Below, piece after piece: positions 19,307 through 31,888 of a DNA stretch of 64,000 nucleotides (position 1 is the first letter of the stretch; the number at the start of each line of letters is the position of its first letter). The position numbers were made by a program, and so were the translations under genes. The stretch is from positions 6,976-70,975 of the forward strand of contig JABHAL010000007.1 of assembly GCA_018674305.1 (NCBI GenBank). Direction: 5' to 3'. Below the pieces are notes generated by a model that saw only the letters and a list, made by a program, of their open reading frames with translations, did not search any database and had not been told where the DNA came from. Source of the stretch: Candidatus Falkowbacteria bacterium (GTDB lineage: Bacteria > Patescibacteriota > Patescibacteriia > UBA11705 > JABHMO01).

Positions 19307-20332
19307 ATGAAGCCAAGATCTGCTTTTCGTAATCGTGGTAGATCAAAAGGAAGCCCACGAAGCAACTCCACCTTCTCTGAAATCAATAGGTACCTAGCAC
19401 CATTTAGCCAGCACATGAACAATTTTAAAAGTGTTGACAATATCGGATTGATTAAAAACTATCACCTGGTAAAGAGTCCCCGCGCAAAGACAAAAATCAG
19501 AGATCTACTTGTCTATAACAATATTAAACTGGTAGTCAAAATTGCCTTAAAATACTCTAACCAAGGAGTGCCAGTCGATGACTTGATCCAAGAAGGTGTT
19601 CTGGGTCTAATGAAAGCAATTGACAAATTTGACCCCGGAAGAGGCTTTTTATTGCCCACTTATGCAGTCTGGTGGATCCGACAAGCAGTTTCAAGAGCGG
19701 TTCAAGATCAAACCAATGAAGATCCCTACCGCGTCTCAAATAATTTCCGAGACAAAATATCAATTGTAAAAGTGGAAACCTACAAGCTCGTTCGCGATAG
19801 CAATGGAAAATGGCCCACTCCAGAAGAAGTACTTGTTGAAATTAAAAAAAGAGACACTCAAGCCAGTGAAAATTTCACACTTGAAGATGTCCAAAAAGTA
19901 CAAGCCCACTTAACCAATCGAAATATTCAACTTGATGTAGAGCTTGAATCTATCGAGAGTAAAGAAACAACATCAATAGAAAGCTTATTTCCGGACACAA
20001 TTCATTCCTATGCCGACATTGATACTATGATTCAAGCGCGCCGTAAATTTGCAGAAAGCCAGGAGTTTCTTGACACGATAGAACAATATATCTACAGATT
20101 AGAAATCAGAATGGGAGTAATTCTTAAACATCGACTGGGAATTAATGGTGCTGAAGAAATGACACTTGAAGAGCTTGCTCAAATTTTCAAAGTCAGTAGA
20201 GAAAGAATACGCCAGATTGAAGCCAAAGGATATGAACTTTTAGAAAAAACTCTCGGATTGGAAAAAAAAGAACTTCAATATTTAATTCTTTCTCACGAAG
20301 AAGTAGGCAAAATAGTAGGCTCCGATTCATAA
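19307..20332 (+). CDS. RNA polymerase sigma-70 family factor
   Basis: Region 2 'DLIQEGVLGLMKAIDKFDPGRGF..TYAVWWIRQAV' and region 4 'TLEELAQIFKVSRERIRQIEAKG'. SD AAGGAG lies 7 nt upstream of the ATG at 19307. Confidence 0.8.
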   Translation: MKPRSAFRNRGRSKGSPRSNSTFSEINRYLAPFSQHMNNFKSVDNIGLIKNYHLVKSPRAKTKIRDLLVYNNIKLVVKIALKYSNQGVPVDDLIQEGVLGLMKAIDKFDPGRGFLLPTYAVWWIRQAVSRAVQDQTNEDPYRVSNNFRDKISIVKVETYKLVRDSNGKWPTPEEVLVEIKKRDTQASENFTLEDVQKVQAHLTNRNIQLDVELESIESKETTSIESLFPDTIHSYADIDTMIQARRKFAESQEFLDTIEQYIYRLEIRMGVILKHRLGINGAEEMTLEELAQIFKVSRERIRQIEAKGYELLEKTLGLEKKELQYLILSHEEVGKIVGSDS

Positions 20333-20364
20333 AGAGTAAGTTGCACCGGACTTGCTCTTTTTTA
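20333..20364 (+). terminator. Terminator after the sigma factor gene
   Basis: AGAGTAAG...CTTGCTCT stem plus TTTTTTAT. Confidence 0.5.
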
Positions 20365-20459
20365 TTTAGCACAAAGTGGTCCCGTTGGGACAAAAAAACT
20401 GCCTTTGCTCTGTTGAGCTCCGGCAGGCAGACGAACCTTGTAAAATTCGTTATTCAAAT

Positions 20460-20696
20460 TTAAACTTTTTGATTTTCCTGCAAATCATCTTCGACATGAG
20501 GCCCATTATCAAGAAAACTCCAAAGATAGGTACCAATCAAGATGACCGCACCAAGAACGATTGGCCAAATAAAGCAAAGTAAAACCATTGCCAAATCAAC
20601 AAAAACGTTTGACTCTTTGGTTATCTGTGACCTGACAATATGAGTGTAACAAAGGACAATTCCAACTAACCATGTGAACAATAATATTGTATTCAA
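20460..20696 (-). CDS. Small membrane protein
   Basis: 78 aa with two TM helices. Confidence 0.35.
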   Translation of the reverse strand: MNTILLFTWLVGIVLCYTHIVRSQITKESNVFVDLAMVLLCFIWPIVLGAVILIGTYLWSFLDNGPHVEDDLQENQKV

Positions 20697-20774
20697 TGGG
20701 TCCTCCTCTTGAGTTTATAAAGTCAAAAGTTTGTAAAGTTTATAAAGTTAGACTGACAATAAAACTATCTAATT

Positions 20775-21311
20775 CTACTTTACCAAAACCACATCACTAT
20801 ATTCTACTTTTAACTTTTCTAAGACTTCATCAATATTTTCCAAATCTGAATATTTAACTCGGGCAATATACGTCACTTCATCAGAAATTATTTTGTTGTT
20901 CTGAAAATTTTCAATTGACAAATCCTTCAATTCAGGAAAATCCTCTAGAAATGTTTTTATTAGCTTATCAGTTTGTTCTTTATTTGACAATCCTAACGAA
21001 TCTTTGAAATAAATATAGCCAGTAACTATTTCAAATTGCAATTGTTCTACCTGTATAGCTTCAGCCGCCTTCTCTTTCTTTAGTCTCTCTGCTTCCTGTT
21101 CAATTAAACTTGATAAATATTCGCCCACTTCTGCATTATCATTTTTCCAGGTTTCAACATAAAAACCACCGTCCTCATAAGCTGAAAGATCAATTTGTGG
21201 TGCTTTTGCCAAATTTCTGCCGTGCATTAAATTCCAACCATAAATTATCAGGCCGGAAGTGACTACCACCACAATAAAAATTTTTATGAATGTATCAAAA
21301 GGTTTCTCCAT
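20775..21311 (-). CDS. Membrane-anchored hypothetical protein
   Basis: N-terminal TM helix followed by a coiled-coil-like region. Confidence 0.5.
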   Translation of the reverse strand: MEKPFDTFIKIFIVVVVTSGLIIYGWNLMHGRNLAKAPQIDLSAYEDGGFYVETWKNDNAEVGEYLSSLIEQEAERLKKEKAAEAIQVEQLQFEIVTGYIYFKDSLGLSNKEQTDKLIKTFLEDFPELKDLSIENFQNNKIISDEVTYIARVKYSDLENIDEVLEKLKVEYSDVVLVK

Positions 21312-21421
21312 ATATAATTAGACAATTACACTAATTGACCTAAACAGCTCCTAATAAACAATAACCGGTCCACAAGTTAACTTGGCGTTTATAGCTGGGG
21401 CATTATTTAGAGTAATTTTCA

Positions 21422-22495
21422 CTACTGAATCATTTGCTCAAGATCCTCCTCCACTACAACTTTAGGAAAATGATCTGGAACTACTTCAATCCAAGTCTTC
21501 CCACTATTAAATAATATTTCCTGACCAGATTGATTATAAAATCTAGTTCGTGAGGTTAAATTTGGTCGCTTCCAGGTCGCCTGTATAACTTGGCCATCTA
21601 GAAAAACTATTGCCTTAGCTGAACCAATGGTCGTAGTTTTTCGCCGGCCATAACTATCAATTACTGTACTTTCGGTATAAATAATGGCAATATTTTTTGC
21701 TTTAATCTTTGCACCATCACTATCTTCGTGCTCTTGGCCAGCTTGGTACCGTTGGTAGTTATTGTTTTCTCTATCGTAATACCAATCTATCGTAAAATCT
21801 CTAGTGGCAAAATCAACAGTAATCTTTTTTGTTTTACCTCTTTGTACTAATTCTGTATCTGGTTTAAATTTCCAACTTTCAAAATCATAGGCAGGTTGCC
21901 AACCTTTATTGTCCACGGCTTTGGTAATCAATTCACTAGAAGTATATACATTATGTGGCTGGCGCCTCAACCAAGAACGCCAAAAATATTGGCCTGAAGA
22001 AAACTCATTCAAATCAAAAGAATAAACCTTACTAATTAAATCCAGAGCTTCATTACTACCACCAACATGCACATATGGCCCATTGAACTCTCTAGCCCAA
22101 TCAACATAAAACGGTCGGGCGGAACGGACAGGGCCAATTTTCTCAATCACTTTATCAGCACTAAAAACTGCTAAAAATCGGGTTATTGGCGACTCTACAA
22201 TTGCTTCATAAACCAGGCTCGCTTCAGCCAAGCCACTGGGTGGACGTGAATCAACATGATTTTCTATCATCACCGCATAAACACCGGGCTCTTCATCCTC
22301 CGTAAAACACAAACCATCAATTTTTTTAATTTTTTCACAAATATCTAAAGTTTGCTGAATAATTTCATTAATTTCAGATTGATCTTGCTGTTGTTTTCTT
22401 CTTTCTTTTTGTAAATACAACAAACCTGTAACTGCCAAACCGACGATTACTAAAATCAACACACCTGTTATATAAAATTTAAATTTCTTATCCAT
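21422..22495 (-). CDS. Membrane-anchored hypothetical protein (possibly DUF3048-like)
   Basis: N-terminal TM helix followed by a large extracytoplasmic domain. The family assignment is tentative. Confidence 0.5.
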   Translation of the reverse strand: MDKKFKFYITGVLILVIVGLAVTGLLYLQKERRKQQQDQSEINEIIQQTLDICEKIKKIDGLCFTEDEEPGVYAVMIENHVDSRPPSGLAEASLVYEAIVESPITRFLAVFSADKVIEKIGPVRSARPFYVDWAREFNGPYVHVGGSNEALDLISKVYSFDLNEFSSGQYFWRSWLRRQPHNVYTSSELITKAVDNKGWQPAYDFESWKFKPDTELVQRGKTKKITVDFATRDFTIDWYYDRENNNYQRYQAGQEHEDSDGAKIKAKNIAIIYTESTVIDSYGRRKTTTIGSAKAIVFLDGQVIQATWKRPNLTSRTRFYNQSGQEILFNSGKTWIEVVPDHFPKVVVEEDLEQMIQ

Positions 22496-22557
22496 TTTGT
22501 TAAATTAAAAGTGCTCCATTATCTTCTATAATAGAGCACTTTAATATTCGAAGCAAA

Positions 22558-23247
22558 TTATTCTTTTTTATCTTCAGCTACAGGGTCTGAGCCTTCACTC
22601 TTTTCCTCAGCACTATCACCTTCAGTTTTATCACCTTCTTCAGCATCCTCCGCCTGTTCCTCTGCAACCTTAACCTCAGCTTCTGTAGGTTTTTCCTCAA
22701 CAGTTGGTGGTGCAACCAAGGCAACAACTTCTTCTAGGTCAGCCAAAATCTCAACCGTGTCTGGTAAATTCAAATCTTTAATTTTAATCCTGTCTTCAAA
22801 AGTCTTCAAAAGACCAAGATCAACTTTAACCTCTGAAACGATATCTCTTGGCAGGCAACGAATAGTTACGCTGTCCAAATTAGTAATCAAAATTCCACTA
22901 TGAACCTTTTCTGCTGGGGCTTCGCCAACCAACACAATTTGAGCTTCAATTTCCAATTTTTGACCACGCTTAATTTGATACAAGTCAACATGTAAAAACA
23001 TTGTCTTAACAGGATCAGAACTGACATCTTTTACTAAAACTTCTCGCGGCTCTTTTTCTCCTTCAATAGAAAGATTGATTAATGAACTTTCTCCTGCTTT
23101 TTCATAAAGCTTATCAAAGTCAACAGCACTTAAGTGGATCAAAACATTTTCCTTAAGTTCAGGACCATAAACAACAGCTGGAATTTGCCCTTCTGGTCTT
23201 ACCTCTGCCTTTTGGTCTCTTTTTTTAGCTTTTAATTCGTATACCAT
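22558..23247 (-). CDS. rplY: 50S ribosomal protein L25 / general stress protein Ctc
   Basis: 'MVYELKAKKR...EGQIPAVVYG' L25 N-terminus plus an acidic C-terminal tail. Confidence 0.85.
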   Translation of the reverse strand: MVYELKAKKRDQKAEVRPEGQIPAVVYGPELKENVLIHLSAVDFDKLYEKAGESSLINLSIEGEKEPREVLVKDVSSDPVKTMFLHVDLYQIKRGQKLEIEAQIVLVGEAPAEKVHSGILITNLDSVTIRCLPRDIVSEVKVDLGLLKTFEDRIKIKDLNLPDTVEILADLEEVVALVAPPTVEEKPTEAEVKVAEEQAEDAEEGDKTEGDSAEEKSEGSDPVAEDKKE

Positions 23248-23254
23248 ATTAATA

Positions 23255-23566
23255 TTATTTTATTAATTGTTTAGCTTGTAATTTTTTATAAAAATCCAGT
23301 AAATCATCTGACACTAATGGGCCACGATGAATAAATTTTATGATCTCCTCTGAATTTAACTCCGTCAATACACCAACTAAATTAATACCCTGTTCCGATG
23401 TTGACAGCAAAACGACTACGGCGCCATGACAGCTTTTACATTCAATATGTAACATCTGACCTTGATCGGTTTCCTCAATCATTTTGATTGTTGCTGGAAA
23501 CTGCTTTTTTTTGCAAACCGGACACTCAGCAATTAATTTAGAATTTTTAAATTGCTCAAAAATCAT
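23255..23566 (-). CDS. Zinc-ribbon hypothetical protein
   Basis: CPVC...CKSC motif. Confidence 0.4.
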   Translation of the reverse strand: MIFEQFKNSKLIAECPVCKKKQFPATIKMIEETDQGQMLHIECKSCHGAVVVLLSTSEQGINLVGVLTELNSEEIIKFIHRGPLVSDDLLDFYKKLQAKQLIK

Positions 23567-23703
23567 ATAAAACTAAGAGTTTGTTTTTATTTTAGGGACT
23601 GTTTCCGAATACAAGTCTGTACTCTCCTCGCTTTTAATCCCCTATAAGTCAAACAGGATTGTAACAAAAAAACAAAATCTTGTCAAATGTGTTAATTAAC
23701 TAT

Positions 23704-24798
23704 TTATCGGTGAACAGCAACACTTTCAGCAAGGCCAACCATTATTAAACAGGCTATCAAAAAACTGCCTCCATAACTTAAAAAGGGTAAAGAAATTCCC
23801 ATAACTGGCATGATCCCCATATTCATTCCAACATTTACCATTATATGCAGAAAAAATATAACCATTACACCAAGGACAATAAATAAGCCAAAATCATTAC
23901 GTGCTTGTTTGGCGATCTTAATCAAACGATAAAAGATTAACCCACAAAGACCCAACACTAAAGATACCCCAAACAACCCCAACTCTTCAGCAATTACAGC
24001 AAATATAAAATCTGTTTGAGCTTCTGGGATAAAACGCAACTGACTCTGCGATCCGAAACCCAATCCCCGACCCCACAAACGCCCTGAGCCAATACCGATA
24101 ATTGACTGGGATACATTATAACCACCACCCAAGGGATCAAGCTGTGGATTAATAAAAACCATTATTCTCTCTTTTTGGTAATCTTCCAAAAATAACACCC
24201 AGGACAACATAGAAAACACAACAGCTATAATTAACAAGACCACAATATACTTTTTATCGACCCCTGTTAAAACTAACAAAATGAACCAACAACCAGCCAA
24301 AATCAAAGTAGACCCTAAATCTGGTTGAAACATGACCGGAATCGCCATTGCTAAAAATATCCCCAGACTAACAATTACATGCTTACTGGAATTGAACCGC
24401 TGGAAACGATTACTAAAAAATTTAGCCAATAAAATTATTAATGCAACTTTTGCTAATTCAACAGGTTGTAATCCCAAGCCACCAATTGAAAACCAACCCC
24501 TAGTACCGCGAACCGTCGTTCCTATAAATAATACCAGAGTCAACATTGACAAAATTGCTACAAAAATCAAACGACTATGCACCCACCAACTAGAATAGTT
24601 TATTAAACTAATAATAAATAGTAAAAGAAAACCTATTACTCCAAAAACTATCTGTTTATTAAAATCATTAAAATCCGCTTGCTCTTGACTAAGACTAACG
24701 CTATAAATTGCTGCCAAACCTAAACAAAATAACAAAAGAACACCCAGACACAATAGCCAGTCAAATTTCTGAAAATCCTGGATGATTCTTTTGAACAT
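23704..24798 (-). CDS. rodA: SEDS family peptidoglycan polymerase (RodA/FtsW)
   Basis: 'RFIPEAQTDFIFAVIAEELG' SEDS signature. It has about 10 TM helices. It is called rodA because the ftsW copy sits in the mraY-murD cluster. Confidence 0.8.
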   Translation of the reverse strand: MFKRIIQDFQKFDWLLCLGVLLLFCLGLAAIYSVSLSQEQADFNDFNKQIVFGVIGFLLLFIISLINYSSWWVHSRLIFVAILSMLTLVLFIGTTVRGTRGWFSIGGLGLQPVELAKVALIILLAKFFSNRFQRFNSSKHVIVSLGIFLAMAIPVMFQPDLGSTLILAGCWFILLVLTGVDKKYIVVLLIIAVVFSMLSWVLFLEDYQKERIMVFINPQLDPLGGGYNVSQSIIGIGSGRLWGRGLGFGSQSQLRFIPEAQTDFIFAVIAEELGLFGVSLVLGLCGLIFYRLIKIAKQARNDFGLFIVLGVMVIFFLHIMVNVGMNMGIMPVMGISLPFLSYGGSFLIACLIMVGLAESVAVHR

Positions 24799-24875
24799 AA
24801 TTAGGGATTCCTAAAAGATGGAGTATTAACTCCATCTTAGCTAAATATCATAAATTTGTATAGGGACATTTTAGG

Positions 24876-25754
24876 CTATGGCAGATCAACCTCAAAACTC
24901 TTGAAAACATCTGGATTAAGAATATTTATATCAGGTACAATTTTCAAATCGACACCACGAGGAATGGCTTGAAAAATGTTTAGACTTTCTGTTTTTTGCT
25001 CTCCCGAATTAATACTATCCAAGATAGTTTGAGTAACTGCGATCACCTTGTCACGCTTCAATACGAATACGACAAATCGCGGCTGCCAAAAGTTATAAGC
25101 GCTTTTATTAATTACATCAAAACGCATATTCGCTATGTCTTCTTTTTTACTTAGCCCACTCTGTTTAGCGGCCAATATTTCAATATTTTCAAATGAAAAA
25201 TTTAAAAATTTATTTCTGGTCTCTTCGTAATCAAATACTTTCAACCATTTAACATTTTCAACTATTAAATTGGCAGAATTGACGATTCCCTGGGATTTAA
25301 AACCTAAATTGAGCACGTACTTTGTTTGTTCTGGTAAAACAAAATCAGTTTTTATTTCTGTTTTTTCGTCATCACCTAATATAAAATAGTAATCAAATGA
25401 TTCAATATACCAACGCTGATTCGGATTATAAACTTCCGTATACAAATCGTACATATTTTCACCAGTTTTGATTACCTCCGTTTCCAGGACTTGAAGATCT
25501 GAAGGATTATTCAATTCTACCAAAAGTTGTTGGTTTAATTTATTTTTACTAATGTCAGCTAAAAGTGCCTCACGACTGCTAGCATCTGTACCATAATAAT
25601 CAATTATTCCCTTAATACCAAAAACTAACAAGGAGCCAGCTAATATAGCTAAAATAAAAATTCCAAGCTTGCGTAGCAAAACCCGATGCGTTACATACCA
25701 ATAACCAGCCTTGAGCTGATCATCTGATAAATTGTTATAAATATTATTTGGCAT
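24876..25754 (-). CDS. Membrane-anchored hypothetical protein
   Basis: The start is assigned to 'MPNNIYNN'. It has a single TM helix. Confidence 0.45.
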   Translation of the reverse strand: MPNNIYNNLSDDQLKAGYWYVTHRVLLRKLGIFILAILAGSLLVFGIKGIIDYYGTDASSREALLADISKNKLNQQLLVELNNPSDLQVLETEVIKTGENMYDLYTEVYNPNQRWYIESFDYYFILGDDEKTEIKTDFVLPEQTKYVLNLGFKSQGIVNSANLIVENVKWLKVFDYEETRNKFLNFSFENIEILAAKQSGLSKKEDIANMRFDVINKSAYNFWQPRFVVFVLKRDKVIAVTQTILDSINSGEQKTESLNIFQAIPRGVDLKIVPDINILNPDVFKSFEVDLP

Positions 25755-25790
25755 ACATTTTACTAAAAATATTATACCACAAACTGGAAC

Positions 25791-25845
25791 CAATACACAA
25801 TATCAAATACACAATACCCAATACACAATACCCAATACACAATAG
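25791..25845. repeat. Four tandem copies of a 14-bp unit (AATACACAATACCC) in the divergent promoter region upstream of gyrB
   Basis: Seen directly. Confidence 0.85.
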
Positions 25846-26062
25846 AACAACTAAACAAACATTCCATTAACTGTTAAATATTTGGACAATATTGGGGCAA
25901 TACTTGAGTAATATTAATATTAGCTTATTAACTTTTTATCCCCCGAAGCTCTTCACAAAGCCATTTTTTCATGCTAAAATGTAGATGAAACAATTAATCA
26001 AAAAATTAAGAATATCCAATATTTGTATAATTTTAAATTTGTGTATTCTTGCGTTTTTATAA

Positions 26063-28186
<2,124 letters not shown>

Positions 28187-28286
28187 GAAAATGCCTCGAC
28201 GTAAGTCGGGGTTTTTTATGCGAAATGATTTCGCATAGAAACAAGTTATGTGAAATACATTTTTACTTTTTTATTCTCAAAAAATT

Positions 28287-29048
28287 ATGCCAGAAAAATT
28301 CAAACCTAATGCTGAGCGAGAACTTAGACGTGAAATAACTATCCGCACATTGACGCCTATTCAGGTCGGTGTTGAGGGTCCCAAATACATTGCTGAAGTG
28401 GAAGATCCAACATCGAAAGATCCTTATACTATGTTTGTAAAATCGATGTACGAGAGAAAAGACGCACTTCAGCAGCAAAGACAGTGGCAAGATTTAAAGG
28501 AACTCGGCATTAATGTTCCTGAAAGGGCCTGGGCTCATGAATTTAACAATGGTGCACAAACATTAGTGGCGACTGACTTGTCTGGAAATGGTAGAAGATT
28601 AGTGCTTTCATGTAATAATCCAGAGCTTAAAACTCCAGAAGGGAGAGGGGTAATAAAGACGATCCCCACCGAAACAAAGCAAATGATTAAAGATCATCTG
28701 TTATTTTCTGCAATCGCCGTTTCAGGACTTGGGCCAACACAAATTGCGAGAAGATACTCATTATCAAATGATACTTTCGCACTTGTAATAGATCCACAAC
28801 ATCCTGAAACAGCTAAGCCAGTCGCCATTGATTACGGAGTTGATTTACATGAGCCCAGACCCAACGAAGCACAACAAGATTTATTGCGTAGCAGTCTGTT
28901 TGGCGCGGGTTGTTTTTATGCAATTGTTGTTGGAGAAGAGCTAGAGTTGCCAGACGATCCAATTTTTGCTTCGGTAGATCGCGCTGCACTTAAAAAATAC
29001 TGTCAAGAAACAGTTGAATTTTTCTGGCATGAAAATGAAAAAAAGTAA
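28287..29048 (+). CDS. Hypothetical protein (253 aa)
   Basis: Long ORF that is somewhat GC-richer than the neighbouring genes. Confidence 0.5.
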   Translation: MPEKFKPNAERELRREITIRTLTPIQVGVEGPKYIAEVEDPTSKDPYTMFVKSMYERKDALQQQRQWQDLKELGINVPERAWAHEFNNGAQTLVATDLSGNGRRLVLSCNNPELKTPEGRGVIKTIPTETKQMIKDHLLFSAIAVSGLGPTQIARRYSLSNDTFALVIDPQHPETAKPVAIDYGVDLHEPRPNEAQQDLLRSSLFGAGCFYAIVVGEELELPDDPIFASVDRAALKKYCQETVEFFWHENEKK

Positions 29049-29240
29049 AAATGTACATCATATAACACGCAGTATGCGGTTTCGCTCCCGTTGGTCGCTC
29101 CACTCATATTTGGCAATGGTAAGCTCCTCCGTCGCAAATTTTACCACTGCCAAACATCGCATACTGCGGAACGTTAAACGAAATACCAATAAATTCTTTT
29201 CATTTTAATTTGGGGAAATTTTATTTTCACGTCAAAATAT

Positions 29241-29762
29241 ATGGCAAAATCACTTAATATAAAATTTGAAAAAGCTGTGCGAATTCTGTCAGAGTATATG
29301 CCACTGTCAGATAAAAATAGCAGAAAGCCAATTATGTTTCACGACATACGCGTTGGCGTGTATTTATATGAAAATGGTTATTCAGAAGATATTGTTTTAG
29401 CTGGCATTTTGCACGATGCGATTGAGTGGTCTGGTGCTGACGAACAATTACTGAGAGATGAGTTCGGCGATAATGTTGTACGCTTGATTTGTGCTAGTAC
29501 CAAAGATGATACGATTGCAGACAAAGAAAAAAGAACCAACGAACTGATTCAACGGTGTGTACAAAACGGGCAAGACGCTCTCATTGTTAAAACGGCTGAT
29601 ATTATTGATAGTTTCAAGTGGTATTCCAGCCAAAACAACGAGAATGAATTAAAAAAACATTGCATAAAGAATGCCAACGCTATTTTCAAGTTTAAACCGG
29701 AAGATTTTGACGATAAAATATTTAACGAATTAAAAAGTTGGCAAGAAAGGTTTGCGAATTAA
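29241..29762 (+). CDS. HD-domain phosphohydrolase
   Basis: 'MFHDIRVG...LAGILHDAIE' H..HD motif. Confidence 0.7.
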   Translation: MAKSLNIKFEKAVRILSEYMPLSDKNSRKPIMFHDIRVGVYLYENGYSEDIVLAGILHDAIEWSGADEQLLRDEFGDNVVRLICASTKDDTIADKEKRTNELIQRCVQNGQDALIVKTADIIDSFKWYSSQNNENELKKHCIKNANAIFKFKPEDFDDKIFNELKSWQERFAN

Positions 29763-29907
29763 ACCGAATAAAACTTCCTTAAATACAATAAGGAATAAAT
29801 TGCGCGTGGCTGGACAAAATATTAGAGGCTTCTTTTGAGAAATAATTTTATTTTATAAAACTCATTAATTTCACTAAATTTATATAATCCCTCAACCTTT
29901 TTATAAT

Positions 29908-30627
29908 ATGCCAAAAACTGGTTTCTCAACAGGAAGTTTACGCAGAGCAAATGTTCCCTTTGATGAAAGAATCCAATTGTATCATTCATTAGGAGCGGAT
30001 GCGATTGAACTTAGCTTTGCAACACCCACTGAATTATTCGGGTATAGGTTATCAGATCAATCAAAGCAAAACATTGAAAAATTTTCGGCTGTTTCAATTC
30101 ATGCTCCATGGAAAGAACTTAGATACAATTCAGATTCTAAAACTCAGGAAATAATCAACAAACTAAAAGAATTATCTGATCAACTTCCCATTACAGGGTT
30201 AGTCTTACATCCAGATATTATTGATGATTTTAAGATATTAGAACAATCAGGATTACCATTTTTATTAGAAAACATGGACAGAAGAAAAACCTATGGGACT
30301 CATCCAGAACATTTCAACGAATTGAAAACAAAATGTGACTTTAGGTTTGTTTTGGATGTTGAACATGCATATGAACATGATCCAAGCATGAAACTTGCTA
30401 AAGAATTCGTTGAAGTTATGGGAGATAGATTAAACCACATGCACGTTAGTGGCTGTAGTGACTCAGCGGGTCATGTTCCTACTTATTGCGCTATTAACAA
30501 AAAAGAAATTACTGAAATACTAAAACTAAAATTAGCAGTACCAATAATACTAGAGGGAGCCATATTAGAAGATGTTTCAAATTCAATCTCAAAAGAACTA
30601 GATTACATTAGAAGTTTTGAAAATTAA
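29908..30627 (+). CDS. Xylose-isomerase-like TIM-barrel protein (sugar phosphate isomerase/epimerase or AP endonuclease 2 family)
   Basis: 'GADAIELSF', 'SIHAPW', 'LLENMD' and 'HMHVSG' motifs. Confidence 0.6.
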   Translation: MPKTGFSTGSLRRANVPFDERIQLYHSLGADAIELSFATPTELFGYRLSDQSKQNIEKFSAVSIHAPWKELRYNSDSKTQEIINKLKELSDQLPITGLVLHPDIIDDFKILEQSGLPFLLENMDRRKTYGTHPEHFNELKTKCDFRFVLDVEHAYEHDPSMKLAKEFVEVMGDRLNHMHVSGCSDSAGHVPTYCAINKKEITEILKLKLAVPIILEGAILEDVSNSISKELDYIRSFEN

Positions 30628-30650
30628 TAAATTAACATCAACCCATACTT

Positions 30651-31136
30651 ATGCTAAAAATCAAACCATTCAAACAATCTTACGGAATGTGTGGGGCCGC
30701 TTCAATGAAGATGGTTATGGATTATTATGGAATTATTCACTCTGAAAAATATTGGGCAATGAAAATCGCCAACAAAATCGATCCAAAAACCGGTAAGATT
30801 ATCCTTTTTAACGGACTATCTGATAAGAAGATGTTGAGAATCGCTAAATCATTGGGATTTAAAGGAGTTTGGAAAGAAGAAGCCTTAATTTCAGAACTCA
30901 GAAAATACATTAGCAAAAACATTCCGGTAATCGTCAATTGGTACTCCCCTGAACAAGGCGGACATTTTTCTGTAGTCGTGGGCTTTGAAAAAAATAATAT
31001 TTTATTGGCTGACCCACACTTTGGCAAAATAAAAAAAATGTTAACTGACGATTTTAAGGACAAATGGTTTGACTTTATTGGACCACCCGCCAAAAAAAAT
31101 TTACTGGTAAGACCAATTGTTGTTTGGTACAAATAA
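30651..31136 (+). CDS. Papain-like (peptidase C39-like) domain protein
   Basis: 'QSYGMCGAASMKMVMDYYG' active-site Cys context and a downstream 'GGHFSVVVG' His. Confidence 0.45.
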   Translation: MLKIKPFKQSYGMCGAASMKMVMDYYGIIHSEKYWAMKIANKIDPKTGKIILFNGLSDKKMLRIAKSLGFKGVWKEEALISELRKYISKNIPVIVNWYSPEQGGHFSVVVGFEKNNILLADPHFGKIKKMLTDDFKDKWFDFIGPPAKKNLLVRPIVVWYK

Positions 31137-31165
31137 TATACTACAAAATTCCAATATCAAAAAAA

Positions 31166-31188
31166 ACCGGCGTGAGCCGGTCTTTTTT
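31166..31188. terminator. Bidirectional terminator (ACCGGCGTGAGCCGGT plus T-run)
   Basis: GC-rich stem flanked by an A-run and a T-run. Confidence 0.6.
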
Positions 31189-31191
31189 ATT

Positions 31192-31668
31192 TTATTTTTT
31201 CAATTGTCTTTTCTTCCAAAATATATATACAAATAATATTAACAAAACCGAGTAATTCCCTATCATAAACCATCCATTGCCCCAGCTAATACCTGGGAAC
31301 TTCCATTCTGATACTGGCCACAAGAATGGGGTCGGCAGAAAATCTCTGGTGTGAGTAAAAAGATCAAAAACAATTGCGATCGGCCAGGACAGCATATAAA
31401 CTGGAAATTTTTTCAGAACCAAGAACACAATCAAAATACATGCACCTGCCACAAACAAACTATGGCTGATATTATAAAGTGTGAATGTCCAATCAGGAAT
31501 ATTATTCAAATCTGGCTCACCAAACTTGCGCTCAAAAATAATTTTATAAATAGCAAAAATCAACCAAGACATTGAATCTGGTAATAGGCCGAACAATACG
31601 GCTAGCTTAACTTGTTTTAGTTTGTGAAATAAGCCATAACTCCACAAACCGTGAGCTAGATAGTCCAT
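31192..31668 (-). CDS. Integral membrane protein (YdjM-like metal-dependent hydrolase?)
   Basis: 158 aa with 4 TM helices and an N-terminal 'MDYLAHGLW'. Confidence 0.4.
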   Translation of the reverse strand: MDYLAHGLWSYGLFHKLKQVKLAVLFGLLPDSMSWLIFAIYKIIFERKFGEPDLNNIPDWTFTLYNISHSLFVAGACILIVFLVLKKFPVYMLSWPIAIVFDLFTHTRDFLPTPFLWPVSEWKFPGISWGNGWFMIGNYSVLLILFVYIFWKKRQLKK

Positions 31669-31804
31669 GATTCAATTATAACATGTTCCAAAATAGTCAA
31701 CAAAAAATACCTTCATCCAACCTGTATAATCTTTACATGGTTTATTTTAGAGACAAAATTTACAATTTTAAGGTTTCGACTTTTTGACCCAAAAAGTAGC
31801 AAAA

Positions 31805-31888
31805 AGGCTGGGGCTCCACTCCTTCGACAAGCTCAGGATGACAAGTGGAGTTTACCCCGAGCCAGTCGAGGGGCCCCAGACCCCGCCC
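31805..31888 (+). ncRNA. GC-rich structured element of unknown class
   Basis: Nested stems (GGGGCTCCACT / AGTGGAGTTTACCCC). An extended -10 TGTATAAT lies at 31723-31730. No CDS is present. Strand and extent are uncertain. Confidence 0.3.
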
